Both the position numbers and the translations under genes were made by a program. 64,000 nt of DNA from assembly GCF_032191835.1 (NCBI RefSeq), contig NC_083223.1, positions 63,674,001-63,738,000 on the forward strand, read 5' to 3'. The DNA comes from Heteronotia binoei. Its lineage: Eukaryota. This document shows positions 50,073 through 62,233 of this stretch, one piece after another. The notes beneath the pieces are model-generated. The model was not told where the DNA came from, ran no database searches, and was given only the letters and a program-made list of their open reading frames with translations. Each line of letters begins with the position of its first letter. Positions within the stretch are counted from its first letter, which is position 1.

Positions 50073-52083
50073 ATGGAAAGGCGTTGGGGTTTTTTTAAGA
50101 GGTGCCGTTCCTGTGGAAAGAAAATTGCCCCTCTTGACGGCCATTCCCTCTGTCTCCTTTGTTTGGGCGAGGGACATCGTGTTGATTCTTGCTTGTACTG
50201 CCTGAGTTTTTCTAAACAAACTCGCAAGAATTGAGCGGCGAGGCTTTCGGCTGCATTGGTTGAATCGGCACTTCGTCCTCAAAAGATGGCATCGGGCCCG
50301 TCGGTACCGATGGGAGAGGCCGCGGCCCTGACGGTCACATCGGCCGATACATCGCCGATCAGGACCGAGATGCCGGTCGAGCGTGGGCGTTCCACAAAAT
50401 GACCATCTGAAGGGTCAGTGGACACCCCAGCTATGAAGCGTTGGGATGATTCGGGGACCCGATCATCCGCACCGAAAAAGATGAAATCCAAGGAGAAGCG
50501 GAAGAAGAGATCGTCCCGCATTTCTTCCCCTTCTCAGGACGCTTTGACATCGATGTCAGCCGCTCCACCGAGGAAGATCTTGGCGTCTTTGCATCGTAGC
50601 CCTTCGGTGTCGAGAGGCAGTGCTTCACAGCAGTTGCGTCTATTGGCATCGGAGCAAGAGATCGACCTTACCCAGCATTCCCACTCTTCCGGGTCAAGGC
50701 GTTGAAGTGAGAGCAACTCTGTCTCGGAGGTGGAGGTGTCGGTAGCGATGGAGCCATCGGCACCGCTGGATCAGGTGAGGGGTTGGAGAGAGCTGGAACC
50801 AACTACCATAGCTCGCCGCTTCCCACCGCGGGATCAGCACCAGTGGCCTTCTCCCTAAGCCTACCCATATCCACCGTACCAATGGTACCCCCCTCATGAA
50901 TTTGCAGATTGGGACCAGCAATCCGAGGCATCTCATATGTCGAGGCTTTCTCAGCACTCTAGGCGGCGTCCCTCAGCATCGATGTCCGTTCCGCCCAAAG
51001 ACACGGCGTGGTGGTGGAGGAAGTCCAACCTAGGTCGTCGGTGTCGATCCGGTCACCCGTCAGAGAGTCAACGTCGGTGCTCTTGGAACATTCCTTGAGG
51101 AGAGAGTCTTCATTGTCGGACTCCGAGGTCAGTACTGACGATCCGGACAGGGCTTTGGAACCTTCACCAGTGTCTCATACTGCTGAGGATCTTCCCATTT
51201 CACCATCGGAGGATCTGAAGTTGTATGGGGACCTGGTGAAGAGGATGGCACTCTCCCTCTCTCTCCCAGTGACACAACCGCAACCCATTGTAGACGATAC
51301 CGTATTCGACATGCAGCGGGATACGTCTACAGCGGTTGCCCTGCCTGTTACGAAGGTCATCTTACAGGTGGTGAAGGAGCCCTGGGCGAAGCCTGCTTCT
51401 ACACCTGTGTCATCAAGAAGATTGGACCACATGTACTGCGTCCAAGAGGCCGGTGCTGAATTCCTTTTCACGCACCCGAAGCCCAACTCGGTGGTCGTAT
51501 CCTCCTCATCAAAGGCCCACAAGACTCACTCCTCCCACCAGACAAGGGGGGAAAGAAGTTGGACAACGTTGGGAGGAAGTTTTATTCTGCTGGAGCGCTG
51601 GGGGTAAAGGCATCTAACTATGCTGCGTGCATGGCTAGATACCAATACTCAGTGTGGGAACAACTCATCCCCCTCCTGTCTTCCCTGAGCGAGGAGAAGA
51701 GGTCTGCTGCAAAGAAGTTGCAGAAGGAAGGCTTTGCTGTAGTCAAGCAACAACTGACTGCAGCAAAGCATATGGTGGACGTCTCAGCAAAAACCATCAC
51801 ATCTGCTGTCTGCCTCCGCCGCCGCTCCTGGCTCAGGTCAACAGCCCTCCAGCAAGACACCAGGGCCTTTGTTGAAGATCTGCCCTTTGAGGGCGAAGGC
51901 CTCTTCAGCTCGACCACTGACAATGCTCTTCAGGAAATGGATAAGAGCATAAAGACCTCCAGGAACCTGGGTGTCCTGGTGTCTTCCAGAGCTGCTAAAC
52001 CAAAACAGTGGCACAAACCCTGGTCCAAGAAACAGTATCAAAAGTTTTTGCCGGAACAGCAAACCTCGCTCTGCCCAACCTGA
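50073..52083 (+). pseudogene. DIRS-A ORF1 (gag-like), disrupted
   Basis: N-terminal Cys/His knuckle (CRSCGK...DGHSLCLLCLGEGH...CLYC), a Ser/Arg-rich linker and a conserved C-terminal block (RRRSWLR...DLPFEGEGLF). Several stops and frameshifts. Confidence 0.8.
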
Positions 52084-52299
52084 GAGTAGGTCCCCATGCA
52101 GTAGGAACAACAGAAACCGATACGCTTCAGCACAGACCACTGGCAAGTCCAAGGGCGCTCGCCCTCAAAAGCAGGGCCTTCGACTTTCTAGTAGCACGCG
52201 TCACCGTCCCCACTTCTTCCTCTTCTATCCGCCTCCAGCCATTCTTGCCGGCCTGGGAGTCCATCTCTACAGACAGGTGGGTGCTTTCCATCATCGTGG

Positions 52300-53039
52300 A
52301 AGGCTACAAAATAGACTTCGCTCAGATTCCGAACCAATCTGTGGTAATCACCACACCCCCTTCCCCACCTCTACTGGCGGAGGTGAGCAACCTCCTACAG
52401 AAACAAGCCATAGAACGGGTTCTGATGGAGGCCAGAATGGGAGGCTCCTACTCTCGTTATTTCCTGGTTCCTAAACGGGATGGGGGACTGAGACCAATCA
52501 TGGACCTTCGGAATCTGAACAAGTTTATTCTGTACCAGAAGTTCAGAATGTCTACTCTGCAAACAATTCATCCCCTCATCAACCAAGGGGACTGGATGGC
52601 TACGTTGGACCTCAAGGTTGCCTACTTCCATGTCAGCATCCATCCTGCGTTCAGGCATTTCCTTCGGTTTGCAATAGGTTCTCAACACTTCCAGTTCAAA
52701 GCCCTTCCATTCAGTCTGTCCACTGCACCTCGGGTGTTCACGAAAATGATGAGCGTTACGGCTGCTCACCTCCGGCTTCAAGGGATAGTCGTCTTTCCAT
52801 ACATCAACGATTGGCTCCTTGTGGCGGAGTCGAAAGAGAGTTTGTCAGACCATATTGCCACCACTCTTCGTCGTCTTCACACCTTAGGTCTGCAGGTCAA
52901 TTTGGAGAAGTCACATCTTACTCCATCACGGACAGTTCAGTTCATAGGGGTTTTGCTGGATACGAACCTTCACTGTGCTTTTCTGCCTCAGCAGAGAGCG
53001 ATGGACATCATCAATCTGGTCAAGCTTTTACAGAGTTGA
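52300..53039 (+). pseudogene. DIRS-A reverse transcriptase
   Basis: YFLVPKRDGGLRPIMDLRNLN, DLKVAYFH, FKALPFSLSTAPRVFTK. The catalytic YxDD reads YIND. Confidence 0.92.
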
Positions 53040-53279
53040 AAGTGGGGCACGGCGCAGCAGCTGCAATGGATGCTGGGGCTGATGGTGGCGACTACAAGCG
53101 TGCTACTCTTTGCGAAGTTGAGGATGAGAGGCCTCCAACTATGGTTTCTTCAACAGTTTCGACCATTAAGAGACTCACCTCGGAAGAGGTTTGTAATTCT
53201 ATCTGTGACACTCCAAACACTGCAGTGGTGGAAATCAAAGGACAACATCTGTCAGGGAGCTCCCTTCCACCTACCTGCA

Positions 53280-53600
53280 GCAACAGTGACGATCACAACA
53301 GATGCGTCTTTGTGGGGTTGGGGGGCTCACATGGACTCTCTGTGTGTGGGGGGGCCCTTGGCCTTCTCAATTGACTCACTGTCATATAAATTACTTGGAA
53401 CTGCAGGCAGTTCACTTTGCTCTTTGGTCCTTCCGCCCCATGGTGGCGGGGAAGGCTGTTGCTCCTCTAACAGACATTACCACTGCCCTGTGTTACATCA
53501 ACAGGCAGGGAGGGACAGTTTCTTGATGGCTCTGTGCACTGGCTCTGGAACTGTGGTCGGAGTGTCTGGAGCATGACATCTTTGCGAAGGCTGCGCACCT
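53280..53600 (+). pseudogene. DIRS-A RNase H
   Basis: TITTDASLWGWGAH, HINYLELQAV and TDITTALCYINRQGGT, split by frameshifts. Confidence 0.88.
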
Positions 53601-53679
53601 CCCAGGTGTGCTCAATCTGCAAGCAGACTCGCTGAGCAGGGGTGCAGCTTCCCCGCACGAGTGGGAGATACAGTGGCGC

Positions 53680-53970
53680 TTCCTTCAACCCGTGTTTCAG
53701 CTCTGGGGGTACCCTCAGGTGGATGTGTTTGCCACAGACAGAAACCGGAAGTGCCCTCTGTTTTGTTCCAGAGGGGGCTCGGATCCAGAGTCGTTGCGAG
53801 ACAGTTTGTTGTTCCCGTGGGAAGGTCGGTTCCTATATCTGTTTCCACCTCTGCCACTACTGACAAGAGTTGTAAACAAGATCGCAAGAGAGAGACCATC
53901 CTGCATCCTGGTGACTCCGTGGTGGCCTCAGCAGAACTGGTTCCCAATCTTGCTCCAACTGGCGAGGGGA
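53680..53970 (+). pseudogene. DIRS-A DNA N6-adenine methyltransferase-like domain
   Basis: VDVFATDRNRKC, LYLFPPLPLL and ILVTPWWPQQNWFP, in the position of the DIRS MT module. Confidence 0.8.
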
Positions 53971-54250
53971 GGTCTTCTACCAGTTTCCGGCGGAACCGGA
54001 CCTTCTGTCAGCTCAGGACGGGCATGTATTCCATCACAAAGTGCCTCACCTGAAGCTGACAGCGTGGTTCATCGACCCTGTGAGTTATCCAGTAGAGTCC
54101 AACATGTTTTCCTGAACATCAGGAAGCTGTCTACCTGCGCTTCCTATGATAGAAAGTGGCGGAAGTTTCTTCAGTTTTTAGTTGATCCTACAGTTTCACC
54201 CCAAAGGGTGGGACTATCGGTGATTTTTGAATTTTTGTTATCTCTGGTGG

Positions 54251-55556
54251 TGTGAGGAAAAGCCCCCTACTTTTCATACATATGGACATCGTGATCACCA
54301 GTATGGTTGCCAGGGTGCCTGGAGTTTTGACTCTCACACATCTGCTCTAAGAAGTGGACTTTGCTTACAGTTTCTAAGGCTTATGTGGATACTATAAGCC
54401 TCAGCTTTGCAGCAGCATTCTACATCTCTGAAGGGTGTTAGCCAGAACTACAGACATGCTCCAGCTGCTCCTTGTGTGCCCAGTCTTGGCCACTGCAGTG
54501 GAAGAAGCCAGGCCACCATGTTTCCAGCCTGCTTCCATGAACCAAAGGCTTAACACCACCAGAATCCATCTTGCTTTCCTGATCCAAGCATACCCTGCCA
54601 GGCTGGACTCCATTCCTTCTTAGTGGGAAGATCACCCACCCTGTGTCACCCTTTGCCTGCAAGCAACCCATTTGCCTCATGAATGGATTAATAGCCCAAG
54701 TGTTAGTCCTGATTGTTTAGCAGAACCTTAAACAATGTTTCCTGCCCATAAGATGATGGGATAAGAAGAAGAACATCTCCTGTCATTGTCAACTCTTTTG
54801 TCTACACCGGGGATACCTAGGCCAATATCTGATTCCCTATTGTCACCTTCCCAGATAATCCCATTTAACCTTAAGTATCCAGCCATTCCCATTCTTACCC
54901 CAGTCTAACTCCTTGGAGCCGCCTCAGGCCATGTTGCAACTTGGAAATTTCCAGGTTCACAGGACTAAGGTGAAGTTCATTGGTCAAAACTGGCATCCAA
55001 TTAGGTGTCAGCAAGAACTCACCATTGACTCTGCTAATGTCCAGCCTCCTTGGTCATCACAGAGCCTCCCCCTGGTTCCTCCCCAAGACCTCCCAGCCCC
55101 TGAGGGTCTAAGGGAGCCTATTTAACCTCTGACCCAACTCCACTCATGTGTGCATCTAACAGTATCCCAGTTCCGCTGTCTAGATCCATCCCCAATTCTG
55201 GCCACAGTTTTGGGTCCATTTCCCCTGTCCTCTTATGTCACCATTGGAAACCTTCCTGGAAGACTATGATGGTAAATATTACCCTGTTTATCTACCCATA
55301 TATGTTCCCCTATCAATCTATCTGTATTTCCTTAGACCTGTGTGAATGTGTGATTGTTTTGTATTTTTATCTTGTGTGAAAGAACTATTATTCTAAATAA
55401 ATTACAATTGATTTTTATTAAATTAGAGTCCATTTTATTGAGCATTCACCTTCTGGATGGTTGAGCCTGGTATACATTTGGTAAAAAGATTCCTATTAAG
55501 CCGGGTGTCCACCTAACTAATTCCCCAACCTCGTTTTGAGGGCATTTCGGCTTACA
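54251..55556 (+). mobile_element. Solo LTR, 1306 bp, inserted in the DIRS-A YR
   Basis: tgtgag...cttaca termini and 4-bp TSD gtgg (54247-54250 / 55557-55560). CCAAT boxes at ~54980-55030, TATA-like tatttaa at 55119-55125, AATAAA at 55396-55401. Confidence 0.9.
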
Positions 55557-55697
55557 GTGGATGCTGGCCTTGTTTTTTCTTCCATTAAAGTTTATGTGGC
55601 AGTGATATCTGCGTTCCATGAGCCAGTTGAGGGGCATTTAGTTTTTCCACACCCTCATTCCAAGAGATTTTTGAAGGGTTTGCTTAGGCTTCATCCT

Positions 55698-55904
55698 GGG
55701 GAGGGACGGTGGCTCAGTGGTAGAGCATCTGCTTGGGAAGCAGAAGGTCCCAGGTTCAATCCCCGGCATCTCCAAAAAAAGGGTCCAGGCAAATAGGTGT
55801 GAAAAACCTCAGCTTGAGACCCTGGAGAGCCGCTGCCAGTCTGAGAAGACAATACTGACTTTGATGGACCAAGGGTCTGATTCAGTATAAGGCAGCTTCA
55901 TATG
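55698..55904 (+). mobile_element. tRNA-derived SINE (Squam2-like) inserted in the DIRS-A YR
   Basis: 8-bp TSD ttcatcct (55690-55697 / 55905-55912); near-identical to the 14275 copy. Confidence 0.92.
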
Positions 55905-57060
55905 TTCATCCTCCATTGAGTTCACCCCCACAGTTGTGGGATTTGACTTTAGTGCTGGACAGGTTGACTCGGCGTCCTTTTGAGCCGATGGCCACATGCT
56001 CGTTACAGCTTCTATCTTCGAAGACTGCCTTTTTGGTACCCATCACATCAGCACGCCGTGCAGGGGAGCTCACAGCTATGCGTTGTGAGTACCCATATCT
56101 AGTTTTTCAGGAGTCTGGGGTGTCCTTAGCTCCTGATATTTCTTTTCTCCCCAAGGTGGTTTCTCAGTTTCACCTTAACTTAGAAGTTTGGTTGCCTACG
56201 TTTTATCCTACACCTTCCTCGGATGAGGAACGTAGGTGGCATGCTCTAGATGTTAAGCGTGCCTTATTGTTTTATTTGAGTCGCTCACGGCTTGCACAGG
56301 TCTCCTCATAGATGCCGCAAAATCGCGGCTCTTCAGTGAAGTGTGCTAAAACCTCCCGTGCTGACACTGATGCTGCGGCTTCGAGCAGCGCGACAATGAT
56401 CGCCTCGCAGCAGCCGTAGGACGGCAGAGGCAGTGAGCAGGACATTCCGGTGGCAAGTACTGGGGGCACCGATAGAGCAAGCGCCGGGGCATCTGGATCT
56501 CAGGTGCGAGGTGTGGCAGGATTTACGGGTTGCTCGCGAATAGAGATACGAGAGACCATTCACGGGAGCGATTCAGCTGGCTTTGTGCCTGTGCTGCTTC
56601 CAGATGACTTTTTCGAGATTTTAAAGGACCAGCTCAGAGAGGAAATGGCGGGATATAGGAAAAGCAGGGCTAAGAGGCGTCACAGATCCCCATCCTCCTC
56701 TTCACACTCCCCCTCCCCTTCTCCCCGTTCCAAGCCAAAACAAAGACTCTCTAAGCCATGGCCCCCTAAGCCAGTTCAAAAACAGGCTGCAAGAGATGTG
56801 GACATTGGTGATCTGTCACCTGACAGGGCATCAGAAACCCCAGTTCAACTTGAGGATAGGGAGGAGGGAGAGTTCTCTACTGATAAGGATGAGGAAGGAG
56901 ACATTTAAGTGCCAGAGCAAGCCAAACACTTCTTTAATATGGAGGATCATCAGTACTTACTGTCAAAGACACTAGCAGCCTTAGATCTGCATGATGATCC
57001 TGATCTTGAGGAGGATGCAGAAGTAAAACATAAGGCTACACATAAGGAAGGGGATAATTT

Positions 57061-58138
57061 CCCAACAGAAAAGTCTGCAACTTTCTTAAATTCATATCCC
57101 AAGATCCTAGAAATTTCTTGTTGAATCATCTGCCAATACTTTTTTGCTCTTTCACAAGTCCACCACATATGGTAGAAAGAACCTTCATGTTTTTTACATT
57201 TCCAACATCTGTCTGGCATCTTATTATTCATCTTTGCCAATTTCTTAGGAGTCATATACCATCTATACATCATTTTAAAACAGTTCTCTTTGATACTATG
57301 ACACATCGAAAGCTTCATAGAGTTATTCCACAAATATTCCCAAGTTTCCATCCGTATTTCTTTATTTACGTTAATTGCCCACTTAATCATTTGAGATTTC
57401 ACTACTTTGTTTTCCGTAGGCCATTTTAAAAGTAATTTATATAATTTTGAAATTAATTTTTCGTTGTCTCCAAGCAGAACTTTTTCCATTTCTGTTTGCT
57501 CTTTTCTTATTTCTTCAGTTTTAATGTCATTTTCCACCAAACTCTTTATTTGTTGCATTTGAAACCAATCATATTTATTATTCGGCTCTTCAGCAGTTTT
57601 CAATTCTATTTTATCACTTTGTATTTTTAATAGTTGATTATATGATAACCACTTTTCTTCACCAGTCTCAGCTGTTATTTTTATCACTTCGACTGGCACT
57701 ATCTATAAAGGTCTTCTCTCATCTCCATATTTCGTATATTTCATCCATGTATTTAGCAAGCTGTTTCTTATATGGTGAGAGAAAAAGCAGTCTATCGTTT
57801 TTTCCCCATAATACATATAAGCGTGCCAGCCAAATTTATTTCCATGACCTTCCAACGCTAAGAGTTTTTTGTTTAACATTTTCCATTCTTTTATTCATAC
57901 TAAGCAAACTGCTTCATGATATAATTTTAAGTCTGGCAATTGAAATCCACCTCTCTCTTTTGCATCTGTTAAAATTTTCATTTTAATTCTTGGTTTCTTC
58001 CCCGCCCACACAAATTCTGAAATTTTTCTTTGCCATCTATTAAATTGTTTACTGTCTTTCACAATCGGAATAGTTTGAGACAAATACATTATTCTTGGTA
58101 GAATATTCATTTTAATTGCGGCTATTCTACCCAACAGA
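57061..58138 (-). mobile_element. Internal L1-clade ORF2 fragment embedded in DIRS-B
   Basis: LGRIAAIKMNILPRIMYL...FVWAGKKPRIK...GGFQLPDLKLY and KMMYRWYMTP...CWKCKKHEGSFYHMWWTC (C-terminal Cys-rich domain). No poly(A). Bounded by the 9-bp direct repeat cccaacaga. Confidence 0.9.
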
Positions 58139-60819
58139 CTGGAGGGCAGTTCTAGATCTGAAATATGTCAACAAGTTCATCAGGACAAGACATTTCAGAA
58201 TGGAAACCCTAAGGTCCATAGCAGAATCTCTCAGACCCAGGGAACTGATAGTATTCGTAGACCTGATGGAAGTATACTTGCATATACCAATCTTCACAGG
58301 CCACAGGAAGTTCCTCAGGTTCTATTACAATGGAGATCATTATCAATTCAAGGCCCTACCGTTCGGTCTGGCCTTTGCCCTGAGGGTATTTACCAATGTG
58401 TTAGCAAACCCGATAACTATTCTAAGAGAACAGGATTTACATGATCACCCGTACCTGAATGACAACCTGATTCGGGCACCCTCGAAATCAAAAGCTCATT
58501 CAGTCACCAACTGTACCATTCAGTGTCTGGAGGAGTTTGGCTTCATGATCAACGAACAGAAGAGTTACCTTACCCCAGCACAGCACCTGGAACACCTAGG
58601 TGTGGTGATAGACACATCAGCAACTCGGCTTTTACTACCTCTATGAAAAGCACAGAAAATCAGAGAGACAGTGGCAGCAGTTATCAAGAGCAGACAATCC
58701 TCTCTGATGTCCCTAGTGTCACTGCAAGGGTTGATGATTGCATCAATAGTCCATTGGAGGAGATTCCATGCCAGGCCCCTCCAGAGCCTTCTAAGACCAT
58801 ATCAGCAGCATATATCCAAGAAGTCAGATCTTACCCTCAGAGTTCTCCTCCAGGTGAAGATGAGCCTAAAGTAGTGGACAAATCTTTCCAGCCTGTCACA
58901 GGGGAAAATCTTCTGGATATCAGAATGGCAACAGATCTTCACAGATTGCAGCCTGTCCAGTTGTGGAGCGACTTACAACCAACTCTCAGTTCAGGGGACG
59001 TGGACCGATCAGGAATCGAAATTACCGATAAACGTGCTGGAGCTGAGAGCGATCCGACTGGCACTGTTACACTTTGCTCCTCTACTAGTACACAAGCACA
59101 TCTTGATCCACACAGACAATATAGTAGCCAAGGCTTAAGTCAACAAGCAGGGTGAATCCAGGTCCCAACTACTCCACAAGGAAGCTTGCAAGTTGTTTGG
59201 GTGTGCCCAGTCACACATCGGCTCAATCAGGGCGGAACATGTCCAGGGAGCACTCAACACTCAGGCGGACTGACTGAGCAGACCAATCTTCACATCTGAA
59301 TCAAGGGGAGTGGGAACTCTACCAGAGCGTCTTTCAGGAGATCGTTCAGTGTCTGGGGAAACCAGAAGTGGACCTATTTGCCTCATCGTCGAGGCAAGCT
59401 ACCCTGCTTCTTCACTCGATATTACCATCATCTAGCAGAAGACACGGATGCGATGACGGCACCTTAGCCAAAGGGGCTACAGTATGCCTTTCCTCCACTA
59501 CCACTGTTACTAAGACTACTCAGGAGGATAAGATAACTACAAGCAGAAGTCATAGTAGTGGCCCCATATTGGCCAAGGAGACTCTGGCTGGCAGATCTGT
59601 AGGAGATGGCGATTCAAGAACCGCTGACTCTTCCAGTGACAGAAGATCTACTGCTCCAGGGACCAATTTGACATCCCGACCCAGGGTGGTATCAGCTGAC
59701 CGCATGGAGGTTGAAAAGCAAAGACTAACGCATCTAGGATACTCAGAACAGGTCACTAAAGCCATTCTGGCAGCCAGAAAAACCTCCACCCAGAAGATAT
59801 ACAATTTTACTTGGAAAGTGTTCGTCAGATGGTGCTGTAGAAAGCAGGCCAATCCACTTTGCCCATTGGTCAAGACTATCCTGAATTTTTTGCAAGATGG
59901 CTTGGAATCTGGCTTTAAGGCTGCCACACTTCGACGCCGGGTAGCAGCACTAGCCTCAGTCTTACCAAAAGTTCACAAGATGTCTATATCTAAACACCCA
60001 CATATTTTACGTTTTCTGAGAGGCGCTTCCCTCTCTCAGCCACCACAGGTTCATAGATTTCCCACTTGGGACCTTAACACCGTTCTTCAGGCACTGACAA
60101 AAACACCCTTTGAGCCGATTAAGGAAATCTCCTTAGCCTACCTGCGAATGAAAGTCCTGTTTCTGGTGGCCATTACATCTGCAAAAAGAGTGTCAGAACT
60201 GGAAGCACTATTGGTAGATGCAAATTTTTGTGTAATCGGTAGATGCAAATTTTTGTGTAAGGACAGGGTTCTTATGCACTGTGCCATCCTTTTGTCCTGA
60301 GGTAGAGCCATCATTTCATAGGTCTCAGGAAATTTACATACCGTCGTTCTGCCCCCATCTGGTACACCCGAAAGAACGGATGTGGCACTCACTGGACGTT
60401 TGAAGAGCTCTAAAACTATACATAGCTAGAACCAAATACATGAGGGTTACAGACTCACTTTTTATCAACATTGTACCTCCACATACGGGTAGAAAAATGT
60501 CTCCAGCAGCCATCAGCAAGGTAATAAGACTGTATATTGTGGAAGCATCCAAGAGTCAAGGCCTATAAGTGCCTCAAGGCATCACTGCCCACTCAGTGAG
60601 AAGTGCAGCGACGAACATGGTGCTAGCCAGCAGGGCTTCAGCGGAAAAAATTTGCAAAGCGGCAACATGGTCTTCCTTGTCTACATTCATTCGCCACTAT
60701 AAAATGCATTTGCACGCATCAGCAGATGCAGCCTTTGGAAGGAAGGTCTTACAACATATTTTGGAGGGTTGAGATGGCAGAGACCCATCCTATATACAGG
60801 GACACTGCTTTAAGAGGTC

Positions 60820-61310
60820 CCACAAGATGTCTTCTGCCTCAGAGGGAGAACGACCATTGGATACTCACCATGAAGGGTCCTTCTCCTCTGAGGACAAGAG
60901 GACATCTTGGCCTGCCCAGCTTGCCATTCTCCGCTCCAAAATAAGTTTTCAGCAGTCAAATAACAATAGGTAGAATGGGGCATCTGTCAAGCCTACCTAT
61001 AGCCTACCCTAACGCTGTTCAGCCTATGTCAAGTTTTCACGTATTGTACAGTTTCTACTGTTGCTGTTCCTTTATTCTAATGTTTGCTCTTAAGCTGTTA
61101 TGTTTTTTACAGTGGTTCCAGTTTCTATCATTTCTACTGCTTATAGGAATTACCGAACTGACTCAAGGGTGATTCCCACAGGAAACAAGAAGTTTAAATA
61201 AATAAATAATTTATCCTGCCTCCCTACAAGTAAGTTGGGAAATCACTCACAAGATGTCCTCTTGTCCTCAGAGAAGGACCCTTCACAGTGAGTATCCGAT
61301 GGTCGTTTCC
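60820..61310 (+). repeat. DIRS-B internal complementary region (ICR) and right terminal repeat/extension
   Basis: 60849-60909 is the reverse complement of 61249-61310. 60820-60850 is a direct copy of the start of the right repeat. Confidence 0.88.
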
Positions 61311-61887
61311 AAGTGTGTGAATGCAACACTTAAACCATATTAATTTGTTACAGTTGTCTAGGATGAATTAAAAACCAGGCTACACTTTCTTCCCTTTGGC
61401 AGAATGTGTAGAGAAGTGACTGTACAACTTTTTCCACTTAGGACATTGTCACCTACACATTGGTAAGACATGTTCCGAAAGTACATCCACTTACAGTTCT
61501 TTTTCTGTTAACAAAGAAGCCCCTGGGAGTACTGAAGAATCCCCAAAATCTTTTGAGTTTTATATTTGTGATGCTTTTATTTTTCCGAGCTCATAAATAA
61601 TATCTGGAAGGGTATTTTTTTTAATGTGAAAATACTGCTCCGCAAAATAATTTTCCCCAGGTACAAGCAAAATTTGCAATTATTTATGTTATTTTCTAGT
61701 TTATGTGAAAGTGTGTTTTCTGGCTCTAACTGCTTGGGTGTTGTAAAACACAACTAGTTGCCATGTTACCCTGTTGCATTGGTATAAATAGCATTCCCTC
61801 AGGGCCATTTTTGATGGAAGGGGAATAAAGCCCCTCCTCTTTGAGTGATAGCCGTGATCTGAATCAGACCACCCCATTCCTCTACTG

Positions 61888-62178
61888 CAGGGGTAGCCAA
61901 ACTTGCTTAATGTAAGAGCCACATAGAAAAAATGTTGGATGTTTGAGAGCCACAAGACATGAATGTCAGATGTTTGAGAGCTGGAAGGAAGGTAAATAGA
62001 TGGGAGGAGGGAGAGGTGGAAAGAAAGCAACTTTAAATGCATTATCCAAGCTGCTGGCTGGCTTGGCTTGAGGAAGTGATTTAAAGAGAGAAATGCCTTC
62101 TGCAAGCTGGCTGATGGGGCAGTGGGGCTTCGAGAGCCGCACAGTATGTGTGAAAGAGTCCCAGTTTGACCACCCCTG
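61888..62178 (+). mobile_element. hAT MITE (CAGGGGTAGCCAAAC family), complete
   Basis: caggggtag / cacccctg TIRs; TSD ctctactg / ctctagtg. Confidence 0.85.
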
Positions 62179-62233
62179 CTCTAGTGAGTTTTTTTTAAAA
62201 AAGCTGGCTGCTTTGTCCACAGAATTCCAAGAG

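Larger units (their letters stand above)
49665..56290 (+). mobile_element. DIRS1-like tyrosine-recombinase retrotransposon A (left end present, right end lost)
   Basis: Domain order is gag-like ORF1, RT, RNase H, adenine-methyltransferase-like, YR. The left terminus tcttcgtggtctctgtgcttcacactcatggg is DIRS-like. Confidence 0.93.
54060..56290 (+). pseudogene. DIRS-A tyrosine recombinase (three pieces: 54060-54250, 55557-55697, 55905-56290; C-terminus missing)
   Basis: STCASYDRKW...LLSLV|DAGLVFSSIKVY...RFLKGLLRLHP|...WDLTLVL...TAFLVPITSARRAGEL...LDVKRALLFY. Confidence 0.88.
56290..61310 (+). mobile_element. DIRS1-like retrotransposon B (left end lost; ICR and right terminus present)
   Basis: ORF1 remnant 56290-57060. 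RT 58139-58646 (DWRAVLDLKYVNKF, FKALPFGL, YLND). RNase H ~58930-59200. MT ~59368-59620 (DLFAS, YAFPP). YR ~59700-60772 (ITSAKRVSEL, HSVRSAA, TWSSLSTFIRHY). Confidence 0.93.

Noticed and set aside
49665-61310. Bacterial/phage contamination or prophage suggested by integrase and Dam-like motifs
   Set aside because: The domain order, ICR and nested vertebrate SINE/LTR/L1 insertions identify eukaryotic DIRS retrotransposons.
60849-61310. Novel structured ncRNA hairpin
   Set aside because: Fully explained by the DIRS ICR and terminal-repeat architecture.
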